64,000 nt of DNA from Selaginella moellendorffii (lineage: Eukaryota; Plantae; Lycopodiophyta): assembly GCF_000143415.4 (NCBI RefSeq), contig NW_003314289.1:1110787-1174786 (forward strand). The letters are read 5' to 3'. Made by a program: the position numbers and the translations under genes. The notes beneath the pieces were generated by a model. It searched no databases and was not told where the DNA came from. It worked only from the letters and a program-made list of their open reading frames with translations. This document shows, piece after piece, positions 10,969 to 23,845 of the stretch. Each line of letters begins with the position of its first letter. The first letter of the stretch is position 1.

Positions 10969-11731
10969 ACTGTCAAGACCCCCAACAAGATCAAGACTGG
11001 AAAATGCTAAAGACAAAGAGAAAAAGCTAGTGAAAACAAAGAAGAGGCCTTAGACTGGTGTTGATTCAGATTGTGGAGAAATGGAACAAGGCTAACCTAT
11101 ATATACTATAGGTTGATGAAGCTCCACCACTCTTGGATCGAGGACGGCCTAAATACAGCTGAGGTTGAGGAGGCGCCACATCATCATCAGGAATGTGGCT
11201 CGAGACTCAGGAATCGGGAAGTGTCTCGAGAGTCAGGAATAGGGAAGTGTCTCGAGAGTCAGGAATGTGGTCTGCAGGTCAGGAATCCGGCGAGAGTCAG
11301 GAATGTGGCAAGAATTGGGGGATTCCTGACATCCACTACCCATAGAAGAAGTTCGATGCCCACATCGAACGTCTCGTTTTATCCTGCGACTTGTTGACCA
11401 TATCTCCGGGGGCATCCCCCCACTTAGCAGTGTGCCTAAGTTAGCCTCCCCGGCCAAGAGCCCATGACAACGGAATATAGGTGTCCCTATACTCCTCCCC
11501 TCACCACGCCCTAGTATGGGGTCGGGACTTGAACCTAGCCTTGCTTTACTAGGGGGTTGGGACTCAAACCCAACCTCCGTAGAATACGTCTACGGATTCG
11601 ACATCTTCGCAGGGAGTCGGGCATAGCTCCCTACACCTGGTCGACCTAGCTAACCCATGCTAATTAGCTTACCTTTGGCGCGCCTTCGGGTCCCAACATA
11701 TGCCACTTGCTCAACTTTGCAAATTGATATT

Positions 11732-14700
11732 TTAATTGAACTTTGCATAAGTACATAGAGTTCTGCCTTGCAGAAATTCCTCCACTAGATCTCGCGCGTT
11801 CGCTAGGTTCTCCTCCGGTTCCCATGTTGCTTCGCAGTGTGGAAATCCTTTCCACTTCACATGGAACTCTCTCACCTCGCGTCCTTGTCGCTTGCTCTTG
11901 CGCGCATTGAGGATGGCCTCGACTTCGTATTCCTCTTCCCCTTGGATAACCTCAAGTAAGGGTCTTACTTGGTCTTTGTGAAGCGGATCCTCAAAGTACG
12001 GCTTGAGTAAGTTCACATGGAACACTGGGTGCATCTTCCCCATCTCTCGAGGAAGTCGGAGTCGGTAAGCCACTTTACCGATTCGTGCCTCGATCTCGTA
12101 AGGCCCCGCGAACCTGCTTAAGGAACTCAAGATCAATTCATTTACAGGAATACATGCATTTTTACCTTTGGGTCAACTTTCGGCTGATCCCACTTGGTAG
12201 CCTGAGGTTCTTGGTGTTCAGCCACACCTTCTCCCCAGCTTGGAACTCTACATCCCGGCGCTTTAAGTTTGCGTACTTGGTCTGCCTTTGTTGAGCCCGT
12301 TCCAAAGAATCCCTCACTAGATTCCAAATGTTGAGTCTTTCCGCCGTGAATGCCTCCACTGCGGGTAGCTCTCCATGATACTCGGCCACGCCGAGTTCCA
12401 CAGGACCTTCAATAACTCGCCCATTGATGACTTCCCATGGACTCACCCCGATACTCGAATGTGGTGAGTTGTTATAACACATTTCCGCAAGTCCCAAATG
12501 ACTTACCCAATCGGTCTGGTCTCCCGAGACATAGCATCGCAAATAATCCTCCAGCTGCTTATTCACCCTTTCTGTTTGTCCGTTTGTCAAGAAGTGTTAG
12601 GGCCACCAAACTTGACTTAATACCCCATACCTGTCTGTGGGTGATAGGCTGTGCTGAATTTCAACTTGGTGCGATACTGTTCCAGGAGGGTCCTCCAGAA
12701 CCTACTAGTGAAGATCTTATCTCGATCTGAGATAATCTCTTCTGGCCTTCCTCGCACTCGAACCACTTGTTCGAAGAACAGCTTCGCCACACCTTCCGCA
12801 TCCACTTCCGTTGTGGTGGGTATGAAATGTGCCATCTTCGAAAATCGATCCACCACCACGAATATCGCATCGAACCCCTCGCTTGGGGGTAGTCCCGTGA
12901 TGAAGTCCATCGTAAGACATTTCCACGGACGATCTGGAATTGGGATGCTTTGCAACAAGCCCCCACTAGCCTTAGTCACGGCTTTGACCTGCTGACATGT
13001 TAGACATGTCTTTACATAGTCTTGGACGTCTTTAGCCATATCTGGCTAATGGTACTTCCTCTTGAGTAAGCCCATCGTCTTGGGCACTCCACCGTGTCCC
13101 GCAAGAGGTCTGTCATGACACTCTTCTAAGGCTACCTTCCTTAGTTCCCCTTCTGGAACATACACTCTCGTTTGCTTGTAATAAATGAGTTCGTTGAGTT
13201 CCGCATAGCCCGTTTTCTCTTCCGTCGGCAGCTCACCTCTCTGGCGAGCTTCCCGCGCCTCCAGATTCCTCAACAACACTTCTTGTGCTAGACCATCGTT
13301 CTCATATACTGTCCGCACATCGTCCCAGAAGGTTGCTGTTGCGCTGGAGATCGCCAACCTTAAGCTCGCTTTTCGACTTAGTGCATCTGCCACGATGTTG
13401 CTCTTCCCAGGCTTGTACAGAATCTCGCAATCAAACTCGGCCAAGGCATTGGCCCACCGACCTTGTTTCCCTCTCAGGTCGGGCTGTGACAAGAAGTGTT
13501 TCGTTGCCACATTGTCCGTGTAAACCTTGAAGTGTCTCCCAAGGTAGTGTCGCCATTCCTTGAGCGCCTTGACCACCGCAAACAATTCCTTCTCATGGGC
13601 AGGCCACTTCCGTTGAGCCTTGTCCAACTTCTTTGAGAAGAACGCTACTGGATGGTTGTCTTGCTTCAAAACTGCGCCCAACGCAAAGTCCGAAGCATCC
13701 GTGTCTACCTCAAAGTCCTTACCAAAATCTGGTAATGCCAACACCGGAGCCTTCCTCAACTTCCCTTTGAGGTGGACGAATGCCGCCTCGCATTCTGCTG
13801 TCCATACCATCTTCCCTTTTCCTGTTTGGTCCATTAAGGGCAGGGCTACTCTCGAATAGTGTCTGATAAACTTTCGATAGTAGTTGCATAGCCCCAAGAA
13901 CGCCCTCAACTCATGTACATTCGAAGGTCGCTCCCATTCCTGGATCGCTTGGACCTTCTCCGGGTCCACCTTGAGCCCGTCCTGGCCCACCACATGCCCG
14001 AGAAACTTTACCTCTTGTTGAGCAAAGTCACATTTGCTCTCTTTAGCATACAGTTTGTGTTCCCTTAGTTTCTCAAACACCTTCGCCAAGTGTTCGGCAT
14101 GCTCCTCTAGCGTCTCGCTATAGATCAGGATATTGTCGATATAGACGACCACGAAGTGATCCAGATAGGGTACAAAGATGTGGTTCATCAACGCCGAAAA
14201 CATTGCCGGCGCATTGCACAGCCCAAAGGGCATCACCAGAAACTCAAAGCTCCCATACCTTGTTCGACAGGTTGTCTTCTCGACATCTTCCTCAGCTACC
14301 CTGATCTGGTAGTATCCTGACCTTAGGTCAATCCTTGAGAAGTATTTTGCCTTTCCCAACCTATTGAACAGGTCCTCGATCCTTGGCAAAGGGTACTTGT
14401 TCTTCTTGGTATACTTGTTGAGCAACCGGTAATCTATGCACATGCGCATAGATCCATCTTTCTTTTTCACAAATAGCACCAGCGCCCCATACAGCGACTT
14501 GCTCAACCTAACATACCCTTTGTCCACCAACTCCTCTAGTTGGCTCTTGAGCTCCTTGAGTTCTTTTTCGTTCAATCGATAGGGTGGACGAACCACCGCC
14601 TCAGCACTCTCGACCAGCTCAATCTTATGTTCTATCGGTCGTGCGGGGGGCAACCCCGCCGGTAGCTCCTCCGGCATGGTATCCTGGAATTGGTCCAGCA

Positions 14701-16506
14701 CCTGCTGGATCACTAAAGGTACTTCTTCCATTCTTGTCTTTTTGTCACTCTTCACCGAGAGTAAGCACAAAAAGACTGCCTTAGTTCCTTTAGTGAGTTG
14801 TCCTCTCGTGGACACCAGGTTTAAGCATGACTCTTTGGCCTTGCTTTGCCCTACCTTTAGATCCTGGGCCTCCACCCTAGATCTTCTTCCTTGGGCATTC
14901 GCCAATACCACAAGGTTCCTACCTTGTCCATGCAGGGCTACCACGAACCGATTAAACCAATCCATTTCGAAGATCACGTCAAATCCCGCCATGTCCAAGA
15001 CGGTGAAATCCATGTCCACTTTCCATGTCCCCACTTCGACTCTCGCTTGTCGAAGTACCTCATTGGTGCTTTGGCTACCGTGAACAAACTCTATAGTCCT
15101 TGGTTCGCCTAGCCGCTGCACCGTTAGTCCGGCTTGCCAGACTATGTCTGCAGCCACAAAATTATCCGAAGCACCCGTTTCAATAAGGATCTTAACAAAG
15201 CTACCTCCGAGCTTCCCTCGGAGGGCTAGTAGATGTCGCGAACGACTCTCTACCAAAGTTGCTCGTGTAATGAGTAACTTTGAGTTAGGGACTGGATCAC
15301 ATACCTCAGTTTGGACTTCACCCGACTTGATGGCTATATTGGCTCTGGCCTTCTTTAGGTAGGGACATTCCCTCGAGAAGTGTCCCGCTTCGCTGCAGTT
15401 GTAGCATACGTTGTTTCCCACGCTGCTATACGACTTGACCTTCTTATCTATGGGTTTGTCTTTTTTCGCTTGACTCCCCCACGTACTCGCTCGCTGGCCA
15501 CCGGATTTGCCTTTTCGGAACCCCGAGGACTCATTCTTAGAGAAACTCTTTTTGAATTTCCCCTTGCTATACGTTCCCCTTGGTTTGGCCCCTTTGCTAA
15601 ATGTGGATCCCGACCCCGTCGTGTTCCCCTTTCGCAGATTATCGTTGAAATGCACCTTGATGGTCGCATCCAACGCTTCCTTGTAGTTGGTCGGGTTCCA
15701 CCGCATCACCTCACCGCGAGCCCAAGTTTGCAAACCTGATATGAAGGCATGGAACGCATCCATATCCCCCATGTCCGTGACAAGTATCCTCTTTGCCATG
15801 AACCCATTCACATATTCCTAGATGGTTCCAGTCTGCTTCAGCCTACTCAGCTCATCTCTCAGATGTAGAGTGGCATTCGGAGGAACGTATGTTGCGCGGA
15901 TCCTCGCCTTCATCATATCCCAAGTGGCCACTGGTCCTTCATTGGCCTCCGTCGTTCTCCACCAAGACTTGGCATTATCTGCCAAGTATGGTTTTGCACA
16001 TGGGACCTTCTCCGAGCTCGGTAATTGCAACGCTCGGAAGTAGTCCTCCATATCGTAAAACCAATCCTCCACCACTTTATAGTCGTTCACTCCCTTGAAG
16101 ACCGGTGGGGGCTTTGGTTTGTACTTGGGAACTGCCTGAGGGACTGATTCTACTTCAGTCTGTTCGACCTTGTCTGGTTTTGCCTCAGTCCCGGCCGAAA
16201 GATCCGCACCTTCTGCGCTGCCAGCATCCGCAGTCTTCCAATCTTTTTCTTCCGCCTCTCGTCACGCTTTAGCTTGCGTACGAGAGTTTCCAGCAGGGCA
16301 TTGGTCTGTGCCAACTGTCCTTCTAGCACGTCCAATCGAGCCTTGGACGACCGAACCTCGCCACCGGACTCCTGTTTGGAAGTTTCCTCACTAGAGTCCT
16401 CCTCATGCAAGGATTCCTCATCCATAGCCTCTTGTTCAACCGGAGGCTCCAGCTCCGACGGAGGTTCCGTCTCCGCCTGGGTTCGCTTACCCCCTGCCCT
16501 TGCCAT
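11732..16506 (-). pseudogene. gag-pol of element A (CCHC, PR, RT, RNase H, integrase, chromodomain), with two putative introns
   Basis: Motifs [19 protein letters not shown] (DTGAS in copy C), YIDN (mutated YxDD), DASD, HHCC, MDFITGLP and EYEVEAIL...VKWKGF..EATWEP. Lesions: frameshift ~16250, TAG at 15818-15820 and TAG at 13046-13048. Confidence 0.93.
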
Positions 16507-16565
16507 CTCCCAACAATCCGCCTCTATCCTTCGCTAGAATTGAGATAAAGGCTCCGATACCAAAT

Positions 16566-17715
16566 TGTAAGCCACAAATTTTTCCTTTCCAATTTGCCAG
16601 CTTACCTCATCTATCCGTCCAACACCACCTTGGCTTTTGCTAAGTTCCCTTGCCAAGGTTCTCGCCTATGGTACCAGCTCCTACTTGGTCTCAGCTACTC
16701 ACTGCACGAGCAACGGAGTGTTAGCCATCCATCCACAGATTCCCAAATCACTCCCAATCCCCCTCCCTGGGTTAGACTGGACTTAAGGTTCGGCTACACT
16801 CCCCGCAAGCACAAGTAGCCAAGCACACCAAGCTTCCAGGTTCCTAACATCCTTTGGTACCACAAGACTTGATCATGGGACCCTCTAAATCCCAAGTCTT
16901 GAGTGCAACACTTGCTTCGGGACGCCGGGGCGAAACACTGTGGCCTAGCGGCCCGGTATGGGTACCTCTCGCCCCCCACTTCCATCCCGAAGGAAGGCCC
17001 AAGCCCCTAGGAAGGGCGAGGACCAATGAGCCGCATGGTACTTAGGTGGGGCACCACTCCACATGAGCCGGGAGCACCGCAATCGGTTTCCCTTTCGGGA
17101 GTGGGAGCTGCTCTTGAGCACTTCCTTGGATGGCTCCTCCGGCACCAACCAAGTCCATGCTCACTCCCACCTAAGGCCCCTCGGTCCCAGTCCCAACCTC
17201 AAGTCAGTTTGGGAGCCCCACTGGAGAGTCCCTTCTAAACTGGTTCCTGGACCTCACTATCCCTACTATACTTTTGGAACCCCCTGCAGCCCCCCCCCCC
17301 CCTGGGAGACGCACGCTTTGGGCTTTCATCCCTTGACCCGTATTAGTATTTGGATTTAGTCTCTGGCTCGATCTCGGACCCGATTTCGGATCTGACTTCG
17401 GATTCGGTCTCAGACTCGATCTCGGACTCGATCTCAGACCTGATCTCGGACCCGACCTCGGACTCGACCTCGGACTCGGTCTCGGACCCGATTTCGGATC
17501 TCGGACTCCGTCTCGAACTCGGTCTCGAACTCGGACTCGAACTCGGTCCCCGAGTCGGTCTCGGACTCGATTCCGGACTCTATCTCGAACTCGGTCCTAG
17601 AGTCGGTCTTGGACTCGATCTTCGACTTGGTCCCATCCGATGAACTCTTTGTCATTTTGGTCATGCTTTTGGGGTTCCTTTAGCCTACGACACCTCGGCG
17701 AGTTGGTTCCTTACA
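16566..17715 (-). repeat. 5' LTR of element A
   Basis: Direct repeat of 5466-6613, with the PBS adjacent. Confidence 0.97.
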
Positions 17716-20700
17716 GATAGCTTACCATGTTTGCCAAACATCCTCTCTATCATGCACATTATATTAGTTTTATTTGGTCCTAATTGTTATTTATGTTGAT
17801 TGTTTAGATTTGCTAATTTGGCATATCTATGGAATGTAGAGATTGTTTTGAATACAATGGTGTTTGTCCCATGTCTAAATTCACAATCTAGTGCCATTCT
17901 ATATTTAGTAAGTCTTGAGTTAGTCCTAGAGACTAACTTCTAGTACTAAAGATGAGTAAGGGTGAAAGCCCAAAGCATACATTCCTTAAGGGGGCTTATA
18001 GGGGGTTTTAAATGTATAGTAGGGATAGTGGGTAGGTTAAGGATGGTTGACCAACCTGAGGCATAATCTAATTGTAAGGAACCAACTCCTTGAGGTGTCG
18101 AAGGCTAAAGGATCCCTGAGAACACAACCAAAATGATAAAGAGTTCATCGGATGAGACTGAGACTGAAATCAAGTCCGAAACCGACTCTAAGACCGAGTT
18201 TGAGACCAAGTCCAAGATCTAGTCCAAGACCGAGTCCGAGATCGGGTCCAAGACCGAGTCCGAGATAAAGTCCAAGATCCGGTCCGAGATCGAGTCCAAG
18301 ATCAAGTCCAAGACCGAGTCCGAAGTCGGGAAGGAAATGGGGGCCCACAGGTGGGGGGGGGGGGGGGGTTAGGCCACGGTGTTTCCTCTGGCGTCCCGAA
18401 GCAAGTGTTGCACCCAAGGCTTGGGATTTAAAGGGTCCCATGATCAAATCTTATTGAACCAAGGGATGTTAAGAACCTGGAGTCTTGGTGTGCTTGGTTG
18501 CTTGTGCTTGTGGGGAGTGTAGCCGAACCTTAAGTCCAATCTAACTTGGGAAGAGGGATTGGGAGAGATCTGGGAATCTGTGGATGGATGGTAAATGCTC
18601 TGTTGATCGTGCAGTGAGTAACTAAAACTAAGTAGGACCAAGTAGGAGCTGGTACAATAGGTGGAAACCTTGGCGAGGGAATTTAGCTAAAGCCAAGGTA
18701 GTGTTGGTTGGATAGACGAGGTAAACTGGCAAATTGAAAAGGAAAAAGTGTGGCTTACAATTTGGTATTGGAGCCTTTTCCTTAGTTCTAGCAAAGGATA
18801 GAAGTGCATTGCTGTGAGATGGCAAAGGTAAGGCATAAAAGAACCAAGGCGAAGATGGAACCTTTGCCAGAGCTAGAGCCTCCTATTGAACAAGAGGCTA
18901 GGGATGAGGAATCCTTGCATGAGGAGGATTCTAGTGAGGGAACTTCCAAACAGGAGTCCAATGGCGAGGCTTGGCTGTCCAAGGCTTGATTGGATGTTCT
19001 AGAAGGATAATTGGCACAGACCAATGCCCTGCTGGAGACTCTTGTACGCAAGTTAAAGCGTGACGAGAGGCGAAAGAAAAAGTGAAAGACTATGGATGTT
19101 GGTAGTGCAGAAAGTGCAGACCCTTCGGCAGAGACTGAGGTGGAACCAAACAAGGTTGAACAGACCAAAGTGGAATCCGTCTCTCAAACAGTTCCCAAGT
19201 ACAAACCAAAGCCCCCATCAGTCTTCAAGGGAGTGAATGATTATAAAGTGGTGGAGGATTGGTTTTACGATATGGAGAACTACTTTTGAGTGTTGTAGTT
19301 ATCGAGCTCGAAGAAGGTTCCATGTGCAAAACCATATTTGGCAGATAATGCTAAGTCTTGGTGGAGAACGACAGAGGCCAACGAAGGACCGGTGGCCACT
19401 TGGGAAATGATGAAGGCGAGGATTTGTGCGATTTACGTTCCTTTGAATGCTACTCTACACCTAAGGGATGAGCTGAGTAGGTTAAAGCAGACTGGAACCA
19501 TTCAAGAGTATGTGAATGGGTTTATGGCAAAGAGGATACTTGTCACAAATATGGTTAACATGAATGCATTCCATGTTTTCATAATAGGCTTGCAAACCTG
19601 GGCTCGAAGCGAAGTGATGCGTTGAAACCCGACCAACTACAAGGAAGCATTGAATGCGGCCATCAAGGTGCATTTCAATAATAACTTGCAAAAGGGGAAC
19701 ACGACAGGGTCGGGGTCCATGTTTAACAAAGGGGCCAAACCAAAGGGGACATGTGGCAAAAATAAATTCAAGAAGAGTTTCTCTAAGAATGAGTCATTGG
19801 GGTTTTGGAAAGGCAGATTTGGTGGCCAGTGAGCAAGTATGTGGGGGAGTCAAGCAAAATGAGACAAGCCCACAGATAAGAAGGTCAAGTTTGCTAGTAG
19901 CCTAGGAAACAACATATGCTTCAATTATGGTGAAGCATGACACTTTTTGAGGGAATGTCTATACCCGAAGAAGGCCAAAGCCAATATGGCCATTAAGTCA
20001 GGTGAAATCTAAATTGAGGTACGTGATCCAGTCCCTAACTCAAAGTTACTCATTACATAAGCAACTTTGGTAAAGAGTTGTTCTCGATATCCACTAACCC
20101 TCCAAGGGAAGCTCAGGGGTAGCTTTGTTAAGATCCTTATTGACACGGGTGCTTCGGATAATTTTGTGGCTGCAAACATAGTCCGGCAAGATGGACTAAT
20201 GGTGCAATAGTTGGGTGAACCAAGGATTATAAAGTTTGTTCAAAGTAGCCAAAGCATCAATGAGGTACTTTGACAAGCAAGAGTCAAAGTAGGGATATGG
20301 AAAGTAGACATGGATTTCACCATGTTGGACATGGCGGGATTTGATGTAATCTTTGGGATGGATTGGTTCAATCGATTCATGGTAGCCCTGCATGGACAAA
20401 GTGGGAACCTTGTGGTAATGGCGAATACCCGAGGAGAATGATCCAGAGTGGAGGCCTAGGATCTAAAGGTAGAGCAATGTAAGGCTAAAGACTCCTGCTT
20501 GAACTTGGTGTCCACAAAAGGATAACTCACTAAAGGAACCAAGGCAGTATTTCTGTGCTTACTCGAGGAGTGACAAAAAAATGGGATTAAAAAAAGTGCC
20601 TTTGGTAATCTAACGGGTGTTGGACTAATTCCAAGATATCATGCTGGAGGAGCTACTGGCGGGGTTACCCCCTGAACGACCGATAGAACATAAGATTGAG

Positions 20701-23700
20701 CTGGTCGAGGGTGCTAAAGTGGTGGTTCATCCCCCCTATCGGTTGAATGAAAAGGAATTTAAGGAGCTCAAAAGCCAACTTGAGGAGTTTGTGGGAAAAG
20801 GGTATGTTAGGTTGAGCAAGTCACTGTATGATACACCAGTGTTATTTGTGAAAAAGAAAGATGGATCTATGCACATGTGCATAGATTACCAATTGCTTAA
20901 CAAATATATAAAGGAGAAAAAGTACCCTTTACCAAGGATTGAGGACTTGTTCGATAGGTTGGGAAAGGCAAAATACTTCTCGAGGATCAACCTAAGGTCA
21001 GGATACTACCAGATTAGGGTAGTAGAGGAAGATGTTGAGAAGACAATCTGTCAGACAAAGTATGGAAGTTTCGAGTTTTTAGTGATGCCCTTTGGGCTGT
21101 GCAATGCACCAGCAACGTTCTCAATGTTGATGAATCATATTTTTGTACCTTATTTGGATCATTTTTTGGTCGTCTTCATTAACGACATCTTGATTTATAG
21201 CGAAATGCTAAAAGAGCATGCCGAACACTTGACGAAGGTGTTTGAGAAACTAAGGGAACACTAGCTGTATGCTAAAGAAAGCAAATGTGACTTTGGTTAA
21301 CAAGAGGTAAAGTTTCTTACACATATGGTAGGCAAGGACGGGCTTAAGGTGGACCCTGAGAAGGTTTAAGTGATCTAAGAATGGGAATGACTATCGAATG
21401 TACACAAGTTAAGGGCATTCTTGAGGCTATGCAACTACTCCCAAAAGTTTATCAAACACTATTTGAGAGTAACCCTACCTTTAACGGACTAAATGGGAAA
21501 ATTATATGTGAACAGGACATAGATGAGTTGTCCACTTAATTCCTCATAAGTGGCCTTTTATTCCAAGTACTACGCAAACCCTTCCACCATCATGACAGTG
21601 GAATGTGAAGTGGCATTCATCCACCTCAAAGGGAAGTTGAGGAAAGCTCCTATGTTGGCATTACTAGACTTTGGTAAGGACTTTGAGGTAAAAACAAATG
21701 CTTCAAACTTTGTGTTATGCGCAGTGTTGAAGCAAAACAACCATCCAATAACATTCTTCTCAAAGAAGTTGGACAAGGATTAGCGAAAGTGGCTTGCCCA
21801 TGAAAAAGAATTGTTTGTGGTGGTCAAGGTGCTCAAGGAGTGGCAACACTACCCTAGGAGACAGTTCAAAGTTTACATAGACAATGTGGTAACGAAACAT
21901 TTTTTGTCACAGCCTGACCTGAAAGGGAAACAAGGTCGGTGGGCCAATGCTTTAGCCAAGTTTGATTGTGAGATTCTGTATAAGCTTGGGAAGAGCAACA
22001 TCGTGGTGGATGCTCTAAGTTGAAAAGCGAGCTTAAAGTTGGTGATATCCAATGCGACAACAACTTTTTGGGATGATGTGCGGATAGCATATAAGAATGA
22101 TAGTCTAGCACAAGAAGTGTTACTAAGGAACCTAGAGGCATGGGAAGCTCATCAGAGAGGTGAGCTGCCAATGGAAGAGAAAACAAGCTATGCAGAACAC
22201 AGTGGACTCATATATTATAAACAAACAAGGGTGTACATTTCAGAAGGGGAACTAAGGAAGGTAGCCTTAAAAGAGTGTCATGACGGATGTCTTGTGGGAC
22301 ACGGCGGAATGCCCAAGATGATGGGTTTAATCAAGAGGAAGTATCACTGGCGAGATATGGCTAAGAATGTCCAAAACTATGTAAAGACATGTCTAACATG
22401 TTAGCAGGTCAAAGTCGTGACTAAGGCTAGTGGGGGTTTGTTACAAAGCATTCCAATTCTAGATTGTCCATGGAAATGTCTTACAATGGACTTTATCATG
22501 GGACTCCCTCGAAGCGAGGGGTTTGATGTGATATTTGTGGTGGTGGACTGATTTTTGAAGATGGCACATTTAATACTCATCACAACAAAAGTGGATATGG
22601 AAGGTGTGGCGAAACTGTTCTTTGAACAAATGGTTTGAGTGTGAGAAGAGATTATCTCATATCGAGATAAAATCTTCACTAGTAGGTTATAGAGAACTCT
22701 TCTAGAATAGTATCGCACCAAATTGAAATTCAGCATAGCCTATCACCCACAGATAGGTATTGGGTATTAAGTCAAGGTTGATGGCACTAATACTTCTTGA
22801 CAGATGGACAAACAGAAAGGGTGAATATGTAGTTGGAGGATTATTTGTGATGCTATATCTCATGAGAGTAGACATATTGGGTAAGTCATTTGGGACTTGC
22901 GAAAATGTGTTATAACAACTCATCATATTTAAGTATCGGGGTAAGTCTATGGGAAGTCATCAATGGGCAAGCTATTAAAGGTCCTGTGGAACTCGGCGTG
23001 GCCGAGTATCATAGAGAGTTACCCGAAATGGACATTCATGATGGAAAGGCTCAACATTTGGAATCTAGTGAGGGATCCTTTAGAACAGGCTTAGCAAAGG
23101 CAAACCAAGTATATGAACCAAAAGTGATAGGATGTAGAGTTCCAACCTAGGGAGAAAGTGTGGCTGAACACTAAGAACTTAAAGCTACCAAGTGGGATCA
23201 GCCAGAAGTTGACCCAAAGGTAAAAATGCATGTATTCATACAAATGAACTGATCCTGAGTTCCTTGAGCAAGTTCATGGGGTTTTACGAGATTGAGGCAC
23301 GAATTGGTAAGGTGGCTTACCACCTCCGACTTCCTCGAGAGATGGGGAAGATGCACCCTATGTTATATGTGAACTTACTCAAGCTGTACTTTGAGGATCC
23401 GCTTCACAAGGACCAAATAAGACCTTTACCTAAGGTTATCCAAGGGGAAGAGGAATACAAAGTCGAGACCATCCTCAATATGCGCAAGTGTAGCGCACGT
23501 GGTTTTTACCCTTTATCTTATGGTGATTTACCATAGGATAACACCATGGAGCAGAACCTAAACCCTCTATGTGCCATGTGACAGATCCCATGTGTCACAT
23601 GCCACATGTTCAAAGGAACGTGGTGTGGAACTTGAGTTTTAGGGCCTTGGGCCACTAAACGAAGGAATGGTGCCAAACTCTAAAGCTTGGAGCCAAGGAG

Positions 23701-23845
23701 CAATGGCACTAGGGCATGGAACGACTCCCAAGCATATAGCCCAAGGAGCGAACGGGCAGAAGCCCAGAACGACTTGGAACAGTCCTAAGGCAACCAGCAT
23801 CCCATTGCCAAGACTAGCACGCAAAACAGAGCCAAATGAAGTCTA

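Larger units (their letters stand above)
6621..11331 (-). mobile_element. Tcn1/Tf1-sushi-type chromovirus B, RT-deleted, nested in the PPT of A
   Basis: LTRs at 6621-7007 and 10971-11331 differ by 2 substitutions and one 26-bp repeat unit. TSD TCCAC at 6616-6620 and 11332-11336. PPT gaggagggggtgc next to 7007. Clade assignment is inferred from the self-priming PBS and frameshift signal. Confidence 0.95.
5466..17715 (-). mobile_element. Ty3/Gypsy chromovirus A, full length
   Basis: TG..CA LTRs at 5466-6613 and 16566-17715. TSD GATAG at 5461-5465 and 17716-17720. tRNA-iMet PBS tggtatcggagc next to 16566. Order is gag-PR-RT-RH-INT-chromodomain. Confidence 0.97.

Noticed and set aside
15818-15820. 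Gag stop as a programmed readthrough site in A
   Set aside because: Copy C has a Gln codon (CAA) here, so this is a point mutation.
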